Shown here piece by piece: positions 17,901 to 26,656 of a DNA stretch of 62,443 nt. This DNA comes from a virus. Its lineage: Duplodnaviria; Caudoviricetes. The DNA lies in IMG/VR virus record IMGVR_UViG_3300037424_000925, positions 1 to 62,443 of that record; one strand, 5' to 3'. The notes under the pieces are model-generated. The model worked only from the letters and a program-made list of their open reading frames with translations. It searched no databases and was not told the origin of the DNA. Position 1 is the first letter of the stretch. Each line of letters begins with the position of its first letter. The position numbers and the translations under genes are program-made.

Positions 17901-18295
17901 TTATCTTGTCTTGTCTTGTCTTGTGGTCTGTCTGCTGTCTTATGTGTCTTGTGTGTGTCTGCTGTCTTGTCTTGTGGCTTGCCTACTGTCTTGCCTACTG
18001 TCTGCTGTCTGCTGTCTGCTGTAGTTCTTAATAAAGCGAATGATGACTACCAGGGATTAGTGTACTATTGTAATATTGTAATATTGTATTGTATAGTCCT
18101 CTATACTAATTGATGACAGCCCATAATATGGGAGGCTATGCCCATGCAAGCGCCTGTATACTGTATATTGTATACTGTATACTGTATACCGTATACCGTA
18201 TACCATGCCCTTAACACCTGTTAACTTAACACCTGTTAACCTTGCATTTATGCAATGGTTAAAGGTGGACTAAGTGGACTTAGTCCAATGGACTA
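17901..18295. repeat. Cluster of simple repeats and palindromes
   Basis: (TTGTC)n/(CTGTCTG)n 17901-18022; (TATTGTAA)n ~18066; 7 x YYGTATA 18154-18202; 2 x CTTAACACCTGTTAA; palindrome TGGACTAAG..CTTAGTCCA. Confidence 0.85.
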
Positions 18296-18593
18296 ACCTA
18301 TTAATAATCATTAAACCATCAATCCCATAATCATAAGTACCTGATATGACTACACTATTCAGCCATCAATCCTTTAGGCTATGTTAAGAGCCTCTAAAAC
18401 AAGGGGTACCCCTCCATTTATTTGAGTAAGACCGGGCATACAGCTGCGGGCCGGGTATCGCCCGTGATCCTAAACGGAATTCTCAAAACTAAAGTCCGGC
18501 CCCTTTTCTTTCCGATAATTCTCAAAACTTTATTTTTTTTTCTTCATTTTTTGACCTCCCACTTTTTTCCTTTCGCCCTCGCACGAATTTTAC

Positions 18594-18622
18594 TTGACAC
18601 ATTTTGGCTGTGTGGTCATAAT
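18594..18622 (+). promoter_or_regulatory. Sigma70-like promoter of HTH-HTH-RAMP-array operon
   Basis: TTGACA-N17-CATAAT. Confidence 0.7.
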
Positions 18623-18674
18623 GTGCGCTGTGCTTGTGGGGCTCGTGCAAAAAAAACCAAAAAGGAGAAATGGA

Positions 18675-19043
18675 ATGAAGGGATTGAGTGAATTGCGAAA
18701 GGTTTTATTAATTAAAGGGGTTACGCAGCGTGAATTGGCTAAATTATCGGGGCTTAATGTAGCCGTAATAAGCCAGATTGCGACTGGTAGAGTGATCCCT
18801 ACTGCAGATGAGCGAGCACGGATTTCAGAGATTTTAGAAGAAAGTGAATCGGAATTATTTGGATTTGCGTTGCAAATGTGTAATTGTCCATATTGTGGGC
18901 ACGCGATATCTCACTCGGGATTTCAGGGGGATGAGATAGCCAACGGGGTGTGCCTGGTGTGTTCTTCCTGCGGGGGTGTTTTTCGGATTTATCCTTATAT
19001 GGGTGATGTGTCTAAGGTGGTGATCACGAAGGATGGATTTTAG
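18675..19043 (+). CDS. XRE/Cro HTH regulator with C-terminal Zn ribbon
   Basis: GVTQRELAKLSGLNVAVISQIATGR; CPYC...CSSC. Confidence 0.8.
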   Translation: MKGLSELRKVLLIKGVTQRELAKLSGLNVAVISQIATGRVIPTADERARISEILEESESELFGFALQMCNCPYCGHAISHSGFQGDEIANGVCLVCSSCGGVFRIYPYMGDVSKVVITKDGF

Positions 19044-19045
19044 AT

Positions 19046-19354
19046 ATGGGCGTGCATGCGAGGGTGCCTGAAGGGGCGATATTAGAGGTTTTGAGGGGTG
19101 AGAAGACGCAGAGTGTTGTGGCGAGGGAATGGGGGGTTAGTCGGCAGGCGGTGAGTGAGCGTGTGTGGAAGGTTGAGGGGATGCCTGAGCGTGCTGAGAG
19201 GGTGAAGCGAGTTCCTGTGGAGCTTCCTATGGAGCGTGCTGAGTGCCCTGGGCTGTCTGCTGAGGATACTGCCATCATCAACAGTGATTGTGACTGTGTT
19301 GTAGGCGACGAGGAGTGTGGGGATGATTTAAGTGGTTTTTGTTTGGAGCTGTAA
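19046..19354 (+). CDS. HTH protein with Cys-rich tail
   Basis: TQSVVAREWGVSRQAVSERV. Confidence 0.65.
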   Translation: MGVHARVPEGAILEVLRGEKTQSVVAREWGVSRQAVSERVWKVEGMPERAERVKRVPVELPMERAECPGLSAEDTAIINSDCDCVVGDEECGDDLSGFCLEL

Positions 19355-19398
19355 GGAGTCAATCGATAACAATCGAAGTTTTAAAAAGGGGGAGAATA

Positions 19399-20010
19399 AT
19401 GGGTGAGGAATTTGGGAAAAGAGAAGTGACGATCCGGTTTACTGAAAAGATGTTGGGTACGGTGCCCAAGGATAAGGAGATTTACAAGACCTATATCGCC
19501 GGGAAAAAGGCTGACTTGGAAGAGGAGTGGTTGAAAGAGGAAGTGGAGACCGTGGAGCAGGCGGAAGAGAAGGGCTGGACCGGGTTCCATAAAGATGAAA
19601 AAGGGCTGTTTTTGTTTGACTATCTGATAAAGGGTTTTCTCAAGAGCGGTATGGAAGTGAGCATGGAAATGGGCGCGGTGGATAAGGTGGTGGCATATAA
19701 AAAGTGGATTGATTTATCCGTGTTTGTGTGGCCGAGGAGAATTTACCTGGGGATAATGGAGCCTGACGGGGTACTTGAAAGGCCTCTTAGGACCATGACT
19801 CCGAAAGGGCCGAGGGTGGCATTGAGCCGAAGCGATTATGTGAATGAGGGGAGGGAATTGACATTCGAGGTGGAGATTTTGAAAAACAAGAAAGGTCTGG
19901 ACTGGGATGCCATAGAGCAGGCGTTTGACTATGGGCGATATGTGGGTTTGGGGCAGTGGCGGGGGAGTGGTGGGTACGGGCGGTTTGAGCTGGTGGGGGA
20001 TGGGGAGTGA
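19399..20010 (+). CDS. Stand-alone Cas7/RAMP-like protein (203 aa)
   Basis: N-terminal strand + LGT, IKGFLK helix (cf. LKG.LR of Cas7/Csm3), SDYVNEG.ELTFEVEI, C-terminal G-loop GLGQWRGSGGYGRF; GGGAG RBS. Confidence 0.75.
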   Translation: MGEEFGKREVTIRFTEKMLGTVPKDKEIYKTYIAGKKADLEEEWLKEEVETVEQAEEKGWTGFHKDEKGLFLFDYLIKGFLKSGMEVSMEMGAVDKVVAYKKWIDLSVFVWPRRIYLGIMEPDGVLERPLRTMTPKGPRVALSRSDYVNEGRELTFEVEILKNKKGLDWDAIEQAFDYGRYVGLGQWRGSGGYGRFELVGDGE

Positions 20011-20011
20011 T

Positions 20012-20507
20012 GGTAAAGTAACGTGGAGTAAAGCACGGTTACGGTAATGTAAAGTAATACATGGTATGGTGGTGTTGAGTAACGGCAGTGTGTGGTTGGG
20101 TGGGGTGTCGGCATGGTTAGGATCGGTTCGGTGGTGGTAATGTTTGGTAGGGCAGTGTGTCGCGATGGAACTGTGGGGTTAAGTGGAGTGCGAGTTTGGT
20201 AAAGTGAAGTGGAGTACCGGTAAAGCGAGGCGTGGTTAGGCGCGGTTTGGGAATGGTAGAGTATTGTGATGTGTTGGTGATGTAATGTGATGTGCGGTCC
20301 GGTCTGGTTTTGGTAATGTAACGTAAGGCTGTGTAATGGCAAAGTGACGTTGGGTATAGTTACGTAATGGTTTGGTCTGGTAAAGTTCTGATGGGTAGAG
20401 TGCGGTAAAGGAATAGTAATGTTACGTAATGTGACGTATTGGTGATGTCGGGTGTGACAAGGTGATGGCATGGTTGTGAACAGCTCGGTGGGGTAACGTG
20501 GGGGCGC
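20012..20507 (+). repeat. Pentamer array: 96 NGY-NN pentamers in 16 units of 5n+1 nt; putative guide-RNA array
   Basis: Parsed by hand; starts 1 nt after RAMP stop; G at pentamer position 2 in 93/96, pyrimidine at position 3 in 88/96; every unit ends in one extra pyrimidine. Confidence 0.85.
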
Positions 20508-20532
20508 GGCGAAGGGAGGATGGTTGGATAAA

Positions 20533-20718
20533 ATGATTGAAACCAAGGTGAAACTCAGGATAGCGTGTGAGGTTTGTGAGGGGACGGGGAGGATACCGTC
20601 GCAGAATAAGGGTGGGTTATACGACACCATTTACTGCCCTGACTGCCGTGGGGAAAAATCTTATGAGGTTTGGATATCTATTACGAAGTTTAAGGCGATG
20701 TTGGACAGGTTGGGTTGA
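20533..20718 (+). CDS. Small DnaJ-type Zn-finger protein
   Basis: CEVCEGTG...CPDCRG. Confidence 0.6.
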   Translation: MIETKVKLRIACEVCEGTGRIPSQNKGGLYDTIYCPDCRGEKSYEVWISITKFKAMLDRLG

Positions 20719-20728
20719 AGGGGTGTAA

Positions 20729-20980
20729 TTGATAGCGATTGGGACCGGCACCTACGATCACGATACCTCTCCCACTTATAATGGGACAACCTGTTCTAAT
20801 GGGGCTTCTTCTTTGGTTGTAGCCTATGTGAATGTTGTCTATTATCGGTGTAATGATACATTTGTTGATGATTTAAAACTCATAGACCCTTTTCCTGAAC
20901 CTGATTGGCCTGAGTTGAAACCGGTGGTAGTGAATCCTGTGAAGAGGATGGGGCCAAAGGTGAGTGGTAGGTTTAATTGA
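20729..20980 (+). CDS. Hypothetical protein
   Basis: ORF with RBS, in operon direction. Confidence 0.4.
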   Translation: MIAIGTGTYDHDTSPTYNGTTCSNGASSLVVAYVNVVYYRCNDTFVDDLKLIDPFPEPDWPELKPVVVNPVKRMGPKVSGRFN

Positions 20981-21060
20981 AAGATTTTAAGATGTAATAG
21001 AAGAGGGATTGGTTTGAGGCTAAGAAAGGTGAGATGAGGAAAATAATCGGGGGAGGTTGA

Positions 21061-21249
21061 TTGATTATGGAAATATCGTTCAAGATTTTGGGTCGGAATA
21101 TTAGGATAGGGCGTGATTTCAAGAAGTATAAGGGGCTTGATGTGGTTTTTGGGTCTATGGTGTTTGCGACGATGTTTGTTTTAAGTATCCCGTTGATGAT
21201 TGCCGGATTCCGGTGGCATAGGACGGTGGGGAAGATTAATCATGGCTAA
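21061..21249 (+). CDS. Small membrane protein
   Basis: GGAGG RBS; one TM helix. Confidence 0.5.
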   Translation: MIMEISFKILGRNIRIGRDFKKYKGLDVVFGSMVFATMFVLSIPLMIAGFRWHRTVGKINHG

Positions 21250-21859
21250 AGGTAAAAAAAAGGGATCGGAGGTGACACAGTCTCCTGTTCCTGAGCAGAT
21301 AGGGACGAGCGTGGGGCACGTTGAGGGGAAGCAGTTACGATTCTTGGCGCACGTGGCGAGATGCGGGGGGGAACGTTGCCGGATTTACGATATGTGCCCG
21401 TACAGTGGGGAAACAGACCGGTCGGAGAGGTGCGCGTTGCTGCATCGGTACTTGAAATCGATGTATCAGGATTGGGTGGACCCGAAGAACGGGTTGGGGG
21501 ACGTGCTGACGCAGATACAGTTGGACCGGTTGGGGAGTCATGTGATGCCGCTGTATCATCATTTGGCGATGTTTGCGTTGGAGATTGCTGACTTGCCTAA
21601 GACGACGTACACGAATAAACAGGGAAATTGGATGGCGTACCCGCAGTTTGGGGAGATGAGGGCAACGATGCAGCAGATCCGGGCTGAGGTAAAGGATTTG
21701 AAGTTGGATGCGCTGTGGGAGAAGAAGTTTGGGGGTGGGGTGGATGGTAGGAGCTTGCCTGCGGGCGGGGGCGCGATGAATTTGGACGATATTTATCAGC
21801 ATGGTCGGCGGGGTGCGTATGAGGAGTTGGTTGACCGGGCGCATAAGAGGGAGGCATAA
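21242..21859 (+). CDS. Possible terminase small subunit with N-terminal Cys cluster
   Basis: YTNKQGNWMAYPQF...MQQIRAEVKDLKL resembles the C-terminal half of P27-type TerS; CxxxxC..CPY..C. Confidence 0.45.
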   Translation: MAKGKKKGSEVTQSPVPEQIGTSVGHVEGKQLRFLAHVARCGGERCRIYDMCPYSGETDRSERCALLHRYLKSMYQDWVDPKNGLGDVLTQIQLDRLGSHVMPLYHHLAMFALEIADLPKTTYTNKQGNWMAYPQFGEMRATMQQIRAEVKDLKLDALWEKKFGGGVDGRSLPAGGGAMNLDDIYQHGRRGAYEELVDRAHKREA

Positions 21860-21891
21860 GAAATTGAAAAATTGAAAAAGGAGGCTGAAAA

Positions 21892-22116
21892 ATGAGGGGC
21901 ACTGTAGCGAAACGTATTCGGAAAGAGGTGTACGGGGATTTCTCTACCAGGGAGCGGACGTACAGGGTGAAATGGTACGAGAAGATTTTGAAATCGAAAA
22001 ATAAAGATGAGGAGGACCGGAAGGTCCGTACCGGGACTATCCGCGATTTTGGATTGAGGGCAAAGTATCAAGCGGCGAAGAGGGCGTATTATCTCAATGG
22101 TGCTACCATTGGCTGA
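21892..22116 (+). CDS. Basic hypothetical protein
   Basis: GGAGG RBS; MRGTVAKRIRK. Confidence 0.6.
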   Translation: MRGTVAKRIRKEVYGDFSTRERTYRVKWYEKILKSKNKDEEDRKVRTGTIRDFGLRAKYQAAKRAYYLNGATIG

Positions 22117-22585
22117 TTCTAAAAATAAACTAACAATAATTATTGATACACGTGAGCTGAAGCCGTTTACGTTCACATCAATTATCCCTATCCCTACGAC
22201 AATTGTGGCCACACTTCAAACAGGAGATTATTCCATTCAAGGGTACGAGAATCAAATCACCATTGAACGTAAATCCCTCGTGGACCTGTTTGGGACCGTG
22301 GGTAAAGGCCGAAAACGCTTCGAGGCTGAACTCCAACGAATGGTGGAGTACCGGTTTGCTGCTGTTGTTGTTGAGGCAGATTGGGTTGCTGTTTTAAGGC
22401 ATCCTCCGACCAGGTCGAGATTGAATCCTAAAACCATTTATGCGTCCGTGATAGCTTGGCAGATTCGCTATGGTGTCCACTTTTGGTTTTGTCCTAACCG
22501 GGAATTTGCGCAGAAAACCACCTACCGTATTTTAGACAGATTTTACAAGGATAATTCAGGCTATGGCGACAAAAAAAGATTTTGA
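22097..22585 (+). CDS. ERCC4/XPF-family nuclease (likely junction resolvase)
   Basis: IIIDTRE, GDYS, IERKS..DL motifs. Confidence 0.9.
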   Translation: MVLPLADSKNKLTIIIDTRELKPFTFTSIIPIPTTIVATLQTGDYSIQGYENQITIERKSLVDLFGTVGKGRKRFEAELQRMVEYRFAAVVVEADWVAVLRHPPTRSRLNPKTIYASVIAWQIRYGVHFWFCPNREFAQKTTYRILDRFYKDNSGYGDKKRF

Positions 22586-24887
22586 GCAAGTGAAGAGTGA
22601 AATCCTTTCGAGGATTGATGTGCAGAGAGAATATGAATTATTAGGGGTGAAGTTTAGTGGGAGGCCATCGGCGTCCGGTTGGTTGACTTGTTCGAATCCT
22701 TGGCGAAAGGATGTTAATCCGAGTTGTGGGGTGAATATATCGTCGGGGACGTACCGTGGGTATCTGTGTGCGTTTAATGAAAATGGGAGGCGGGGGAAAC
22801 CTTATGCCTCTTTTTCATTTTGGGACGTGGCGGCGGACTTTTTACCCGGGTCGTGCGGTGATTTTGGTTTTGTGCTGAATCATTATGCGGATAAAATGGG
22901 GGTGAAGTTTAAGAATGAAAGGCGCCCTCCTACAAAGGACATGATTGTGCAATTCATGCGGGATTTACCGGAGGAGGCACGTGAACACCTTAAGAGCAAA
23001 AGAGGCCTATCAGACGAATCGATAGAAAAGTATGAAATAGGGTTCCGGAAGTTTGATAGCAGAAACACTTTTCCGGTGTATGACTCTGACGGGGACCTGG
23101 CGAATATCCGGTACCATAATTCGAAACTGAAGCCCAAGACGCTGAACCATCCCGGTTTTGGCCAGGCTCGGCTGTGGGGTGCTGATCGGTTGGCGAAGGC
23201 GCCTGCAGCATCGATTGTAACGATTACTGAAGGTGAATTTGATTCTATTTTGATTGAGCAAGAAACAGGCCTTATCTCTGTCTCACCTACCAATGGCAAA
23301 AGCGCTTTCTCATATTCATGGGTGCCCTATTTTCATGGTCATCATGTGATTTTGGTGTGGGATTGTGACCGTGCCGGGCGAGACGCTGTCGAGAAGGTGG
23401 TAATACCGGCCTTCCAAGACGCTGTTATTTCGAATAAGGTTTTATCATTGAAAATCGTGTGGCTTTATGGCGGGGACGCTCCAAAAGACGAAAAGGATTT
23501 CACGGATTTTATTGTGAGAAGTGGGGGAACCGGTGCCCAGCTTTTGGAGAAAATCAAGAAAGCCACTCCTTATAAGTACAGTAAAGCTCAGATTGAAGAC
23601 CCTCCGGTGGATCCTGATTTGTTTTTTGATGGAAATTCGTTCACGGTTTCTGAAATGCGGGATTTCATCAAAGAGCGGTACAATTTAATCCATGATGGCG
23701 CATGCTTTCTGCAGTACGAAGATGGGGTTGGCTTTTGGAAAGAGTGCGATGATTCCGTGGTGGCCAAGATCATAAGCAATACACTCGGTAGGCGCATGAA
23801 GAAATGCTATGTTAGCGATGCGCTGAAAACGATTGAGTGGGAGGTGTTTAAGTCCCCACAGGATTTAAAGTTGAATCCGTTTTTGATCAACATGGCCAAT
23901 GGGATGTTGGATATTGAGAATGGGAATTTCCTTCCTCATGATAAAAAGTTTTTATCTCGAATACAAATTCCGATACCTTATGATGAAAACGCCAAATGCC
24001 CACGTTGGATGCAGTTTTTGGAGGAAATCTTCCCTAATGATCCGGATAAGGCTTTGGCCCTGCAGGATTTTTCAGGATACTGCTTTCTTCATGAGATACC
24101 GTTTGAGAAGTGCCTGTTTTTAGTGGGGACCGGTGCCAATGGCAAGAGTGTTTTTATCCGGACGTTAACCAAAATCATTGGACTCGAAAACACCTGCTCG
24201 CTCGATCCACAGGTATTCGGTGAGGACAAATTCCTTTTGGGCTCCCTGAAGGATAAGCTGTTGAATACGTGCTCAGAACTGAATGCCAATAAGCAGATCG
24301 CAGCCAATGTATTTAAGAAGGTGGTCTCAGGAGACCTGATACAGGCCGACATGAAATACCAACGGGCCCCTTTCAAATTCTTCCCTATCGCAAAACATAT
24401 CTTCAGTATGAACGAAACCCCTATTATAACAGACAGATCGTTTGCCTTCGAGCGCCGGTTGGTGGTTGTGAACTTCAATCAGACGTTTAAGGATAATAAT
24501 GTGGATTATCAATTGGAGAAAAAACTTGAGAAGGAGCTCCCGGGGATATTCAATTGGGCCATGGAAGGGCTTGAGAGGGTGATGACCGATTATTCGGGAA
24601 TCACAGAAACACCGACCATGAAAACAGACAGGAAGATTTTCATCCAAAAAGTGAATCCTGTTTTAATGTTTGTCGATGAAAGATGTAACTTGGATGAGAA
24701 TCAGAGTGTGTGGAAGACGGAGCTTTACACCCGGTACGCTGAGTGGTGTAAGGAAAGTGGGTTGAAGCAACTTTCTAAGATCCGATTTTACAATCAGCTT
24801 TCATCCGATTTTCCGGCAATCACCGAAGGCCAACCGAAGAACAATGGAAATCGTGAGTTCCGCGGGATTGGGATGAAGGTTGCATGA
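22563..24887 (+). CDS. P4/D5-family primase-helicase (TOPRIM + D5_N + SF3 helicase + wHTH)
   Basis: TEGEFD, WDCDRAG; INMANGMLD; Walker A GTGANGKS; FSMNETP, ERRL. Confidence 0.9.
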   Translation: MATKKDFEQVKSEILSRIDVQREYELLGVKFSGRPSASGWLTCSNPWRKDVNPSCGVNISSGTYRGYLCAFNENGRRGKPYASFSFWDVAADFLPGSCGDFGFVLNHYADKMGVKFKNERRPPTKDMIVQFMRDLPEEAREHLKSKRGLSDESIEKYEIGFRKFDSRNTFPVYDSDGDLANIRYHNSKLKPKTLNHPGFGQARLWGADRLAKAPAASIVTITEGEFDSILIEQETGLISVSPTNGKSAFSYSWVPYFHGHHVILVWDCDRAGRDAVEKVVIPAFQDAVISNKVLSLKIVWLYGGDAPKDEKDFTDFIVRSGGTGAQLLEKIKKATPYKYSKAQIEDPPVDPDLFFDGNSFTVSEMRDFIKERYNLIHDGACFLQYEDGVGFWKECDDSVVAKIISNTLGRRMKKCYVSDALKTIEWEVFKSPQDLKLNPFLINMANGMLDIENGNFLPHDKKFLSRIQIPIPYDENAKCPRWMQFLEEIFPNDPDKALALQDFSGYCFLHEIPFEKCLFLVGTGANGKSVFIRTLTKIIGLENTCSLDPQVFGEDKFLLGSLKDKLLNTCSELNANKQIAANVFKKVVSGDLIQADMKYQRAPFKFFPIAKHIFSMNETPIITDRSFAFERRLVVVNFNQTFKDNNVDYQLEKKLEKELPGIFNWAMEGLERVMTDYSGITETPTMKTDRKIFIQKVNPVLMFVDERCNLDENQSVWKTELYTRYAEWCKESGLKQLSKIRFYNQLSSDFPAITEGQPKNNGNREFRGIGMKVA

Positions 24888-24896
24888 TAGGGGATC

Positions 24897-25198
24897 GGTC
24901 CACGGGGTCCACAAGGTCCACAGGTTTTTTTGAAAAGTTTAAAAACTATATTTACATTTATAAATATTTTCAAAGTAGACAGTTCCACAGGTGTCCACAA
25001 ACTTCAATAAAGGTTTGTGGACTAAAAATACCAATAAATCAACAACTTAATACAAGGTCCACAGTGTCCACATCTTTCTCCTATAAAATGAGTGTATATA
25101 AATAAAAAATAAAGTAAAGTAAAAGAAAGATATAAAAAGGGTATAAAAATTTTAGCCGTGAGTTTTTTTTTTCTTAATCTCTGTGGACCTTGTGGACA
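24897..25198. promoter_or_regulatory. Putative replication origin with GTCCAC iterons flanking an AT-rich tract
   Basis: GTCCAC at 24898, 24907, 24916, 24993, 25057, 25066 (TTCCAC 24983); inverted at 25017, 25183, 25192; directly after primase. Confidence 0.7.
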
Positions 25199-25230
25199 AC
25201 TTAATTAATAGATATACAGCTTGAAGGAGG

Positions 25231-25839
25231 ATGTTGATAATGATTACGGGCGTATTAAAAGAAATAAAAGACAGACAAGACAAAGAGCTTAAAAGGGTTG
25301 GGATTAGGGGAAGGCAACTCAAAATAGAGTATAACGATTTAAGCGGAACAGTCAGTGAATGGTGCAATCATCTTGGGGTATCCAGATATGAATGGGATAA
25401 AAAACGCAAAAAGGGATTTAATTATGATGAAATGATAAGATGCTTCCAAAAAGAGGCAGATACGAGACGTGAGTGTGCGAAAGTCAAGTCTAAAGGTGGA
25501 TATATTAAAACTGTTAATAACAGGGAGGGAAAAAAACAAATACAATCGAAAGAAAGACCAACAAGGTCTACTGTGATTAAACCCCTAAAAAAAGGGCCAT
25601 ACTTAATAGAATATATTGGGAAATCAATGAGTGTTCAAGATTGGTGCAAATACATTCAATGTAGAAATTCATCTTTTTACAAAGCAAGGAGTAGGCTTGG
25701 ATCAAACGAGCGCGTGATAGATCATTTCCTTGCAATTAAAGAAAAGCGCAAACAAAAACGTATTGATACAATAGAAGAACAAAGGCTATACGAACAAGCA
25801 AAATTAAATAGACAACGTTTGGAGGTAGTCTATGATTAG
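25231..25839 (+). CDS. Hypothetical DNA-binding protein with two IEY.G...V.EWC repeats
   Basis: IEYNDLSGTVSEWCNHLG and IEYIGKSMSVQDWCKYIQ; AT-rich gene. Confidence 0.55.
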   Translation: MLIMITGVLKEIKDRQDKELKRVGIRGRQLKIEYNDLSGTVSEWCNHLGVSRYEWDKKRKKGFNYDEMIRCFQKEADTRRECAKVKSKGGYIKTVNNREGKKQIQSKERPTRSTVIKPLKKGPYLIEYIGKSMSVQDWCKYIQCRNSSFYKARSRLGSNERVIDHFLAIKEKRKQKRIDTIEEQRLYEQAKLNRQRLEVVYD

Positions 25840-26158
25840 CCTCAAGAGCCACATGAAATTGAAAAGCGCGAAGGCGGCGATGAATGGCCCTTCTACAACA
25901 GGCGAGGTGTTGGTGGTGCCGAATGATAGGGGAAGGGCTGAGGAAGGGGCGGTGGGCGTTGGTAGGAGACCGGTCCTACAGGAGGTTGATTATGACCAAT
26001 ATCCGGATGATGCTCAATCTATCAGGTGCAATTATCGGGATGAGCCGAGGCCGGTTTCGCCAGCGGCCTGTCTATGGCACCGAGCAGAGAAGGACCCCGA
26101 GTGTTTTCGACTGAAGTGCCCGAGGGTGAATTTGGGGGGAATTGGCAATGCCGTGTGA
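25832..26158 (+). CDS. Hypothetical protein
   Basis: GGAGG RBS; Cys-rich C-terminus. Confidence 0.55.
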   Translation: MISLKSHMKLKSAKAAMNGPSTTGEVLVVPNDRGRAEEGAVGVGRRPVLQEVDYDQYPDDAQSIRCNYRDEPRPVSPAACLWHRAEKDPECFRLKCPRVNLGGIGNAV

Positions 26159-26354
26159 TTGGTCGAAATATCCGGATGATTGGACCAAAGCCGACAAGTT
26201 AGAATATATAAAAGGCTGCCCGAAGTGCCATGCAAGAGAGATTTTCGCAACCATGAAGCCCCCCTTTTTTAGAACCTCGGATTGGTACTGTTTGTGTGGA
26301 CACCATTGGAGCACAGACAGGCAGTGCCCACCGGAACAAATGAGGTTGTTTTAA
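26148..26354 (+). CDS. Small Zn-ribbon protein
   Basis: CPKC...CLCGHHW. Confidence 0.55.
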   Translation: MPCDWSKYPDDWTKADKLEYIKGCPKCHAREIFATMKPPFFRTSDWYCLCGHHWSTDRQCPPEQMRLF

Positions 26355-26634
26355 TGCCTATGGACCGTGACAAATACCCTGATAACTGGAAAGAAATCGC
26401 ATTGTCAATCAAAGAAGAAGCAGATTGGCAATGCGAAATGTGCGGACAGCAATGCCGGAGACCGGGGGAGCCTTTCGATTCACATCGATATACCGCCACG
26501 GTTGCCCATTGTAACCATGATGAATCCGATTGCAGCCCGGAGAATCTTGTTTGCGCGTGCGCTCCGTGCCACTTGAGAGATATGACGTGGGACATTATGC
26601 AGAGACGCGGTATCAAAACAAATTCAAAAATTAA
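26354..26634 (+). pseudogene. HNH endonuclease with apparent +2 (GA) frameshift near C-terminus
   Basis: YPDNW, CEMC, TVAH.NHD, ENL, CAPCHLR; removing one GA at 26575-26580 restores CHLRYD and a stop at 26634. Confidence 0.65.
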
Positions 26635-26656
26635 CCCGAGATGGAGGAGGAGAACG

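Noticed and set aside
20012-20507. Canonical CRISPR array next to the RAMP gene
   Set aside because: No identical 23-47 bp repeats with spacers; organisation is pentameric
19929-20630. 233-aa minus-strand ORF over the pentamer array
   Set aside because: H/T/P/Y-rich shadow of the G/T-rich array, antisense to the operon and overlapping genes on both sides; 5-nt periodicity is not codon-derived
21335-21844. Long antisense ORFs here and throughout late genes (e.g. 32216-32914, 35567-36271, 56240-57022)
   Set aside because: Shadows of well-supported opposite-strand genes
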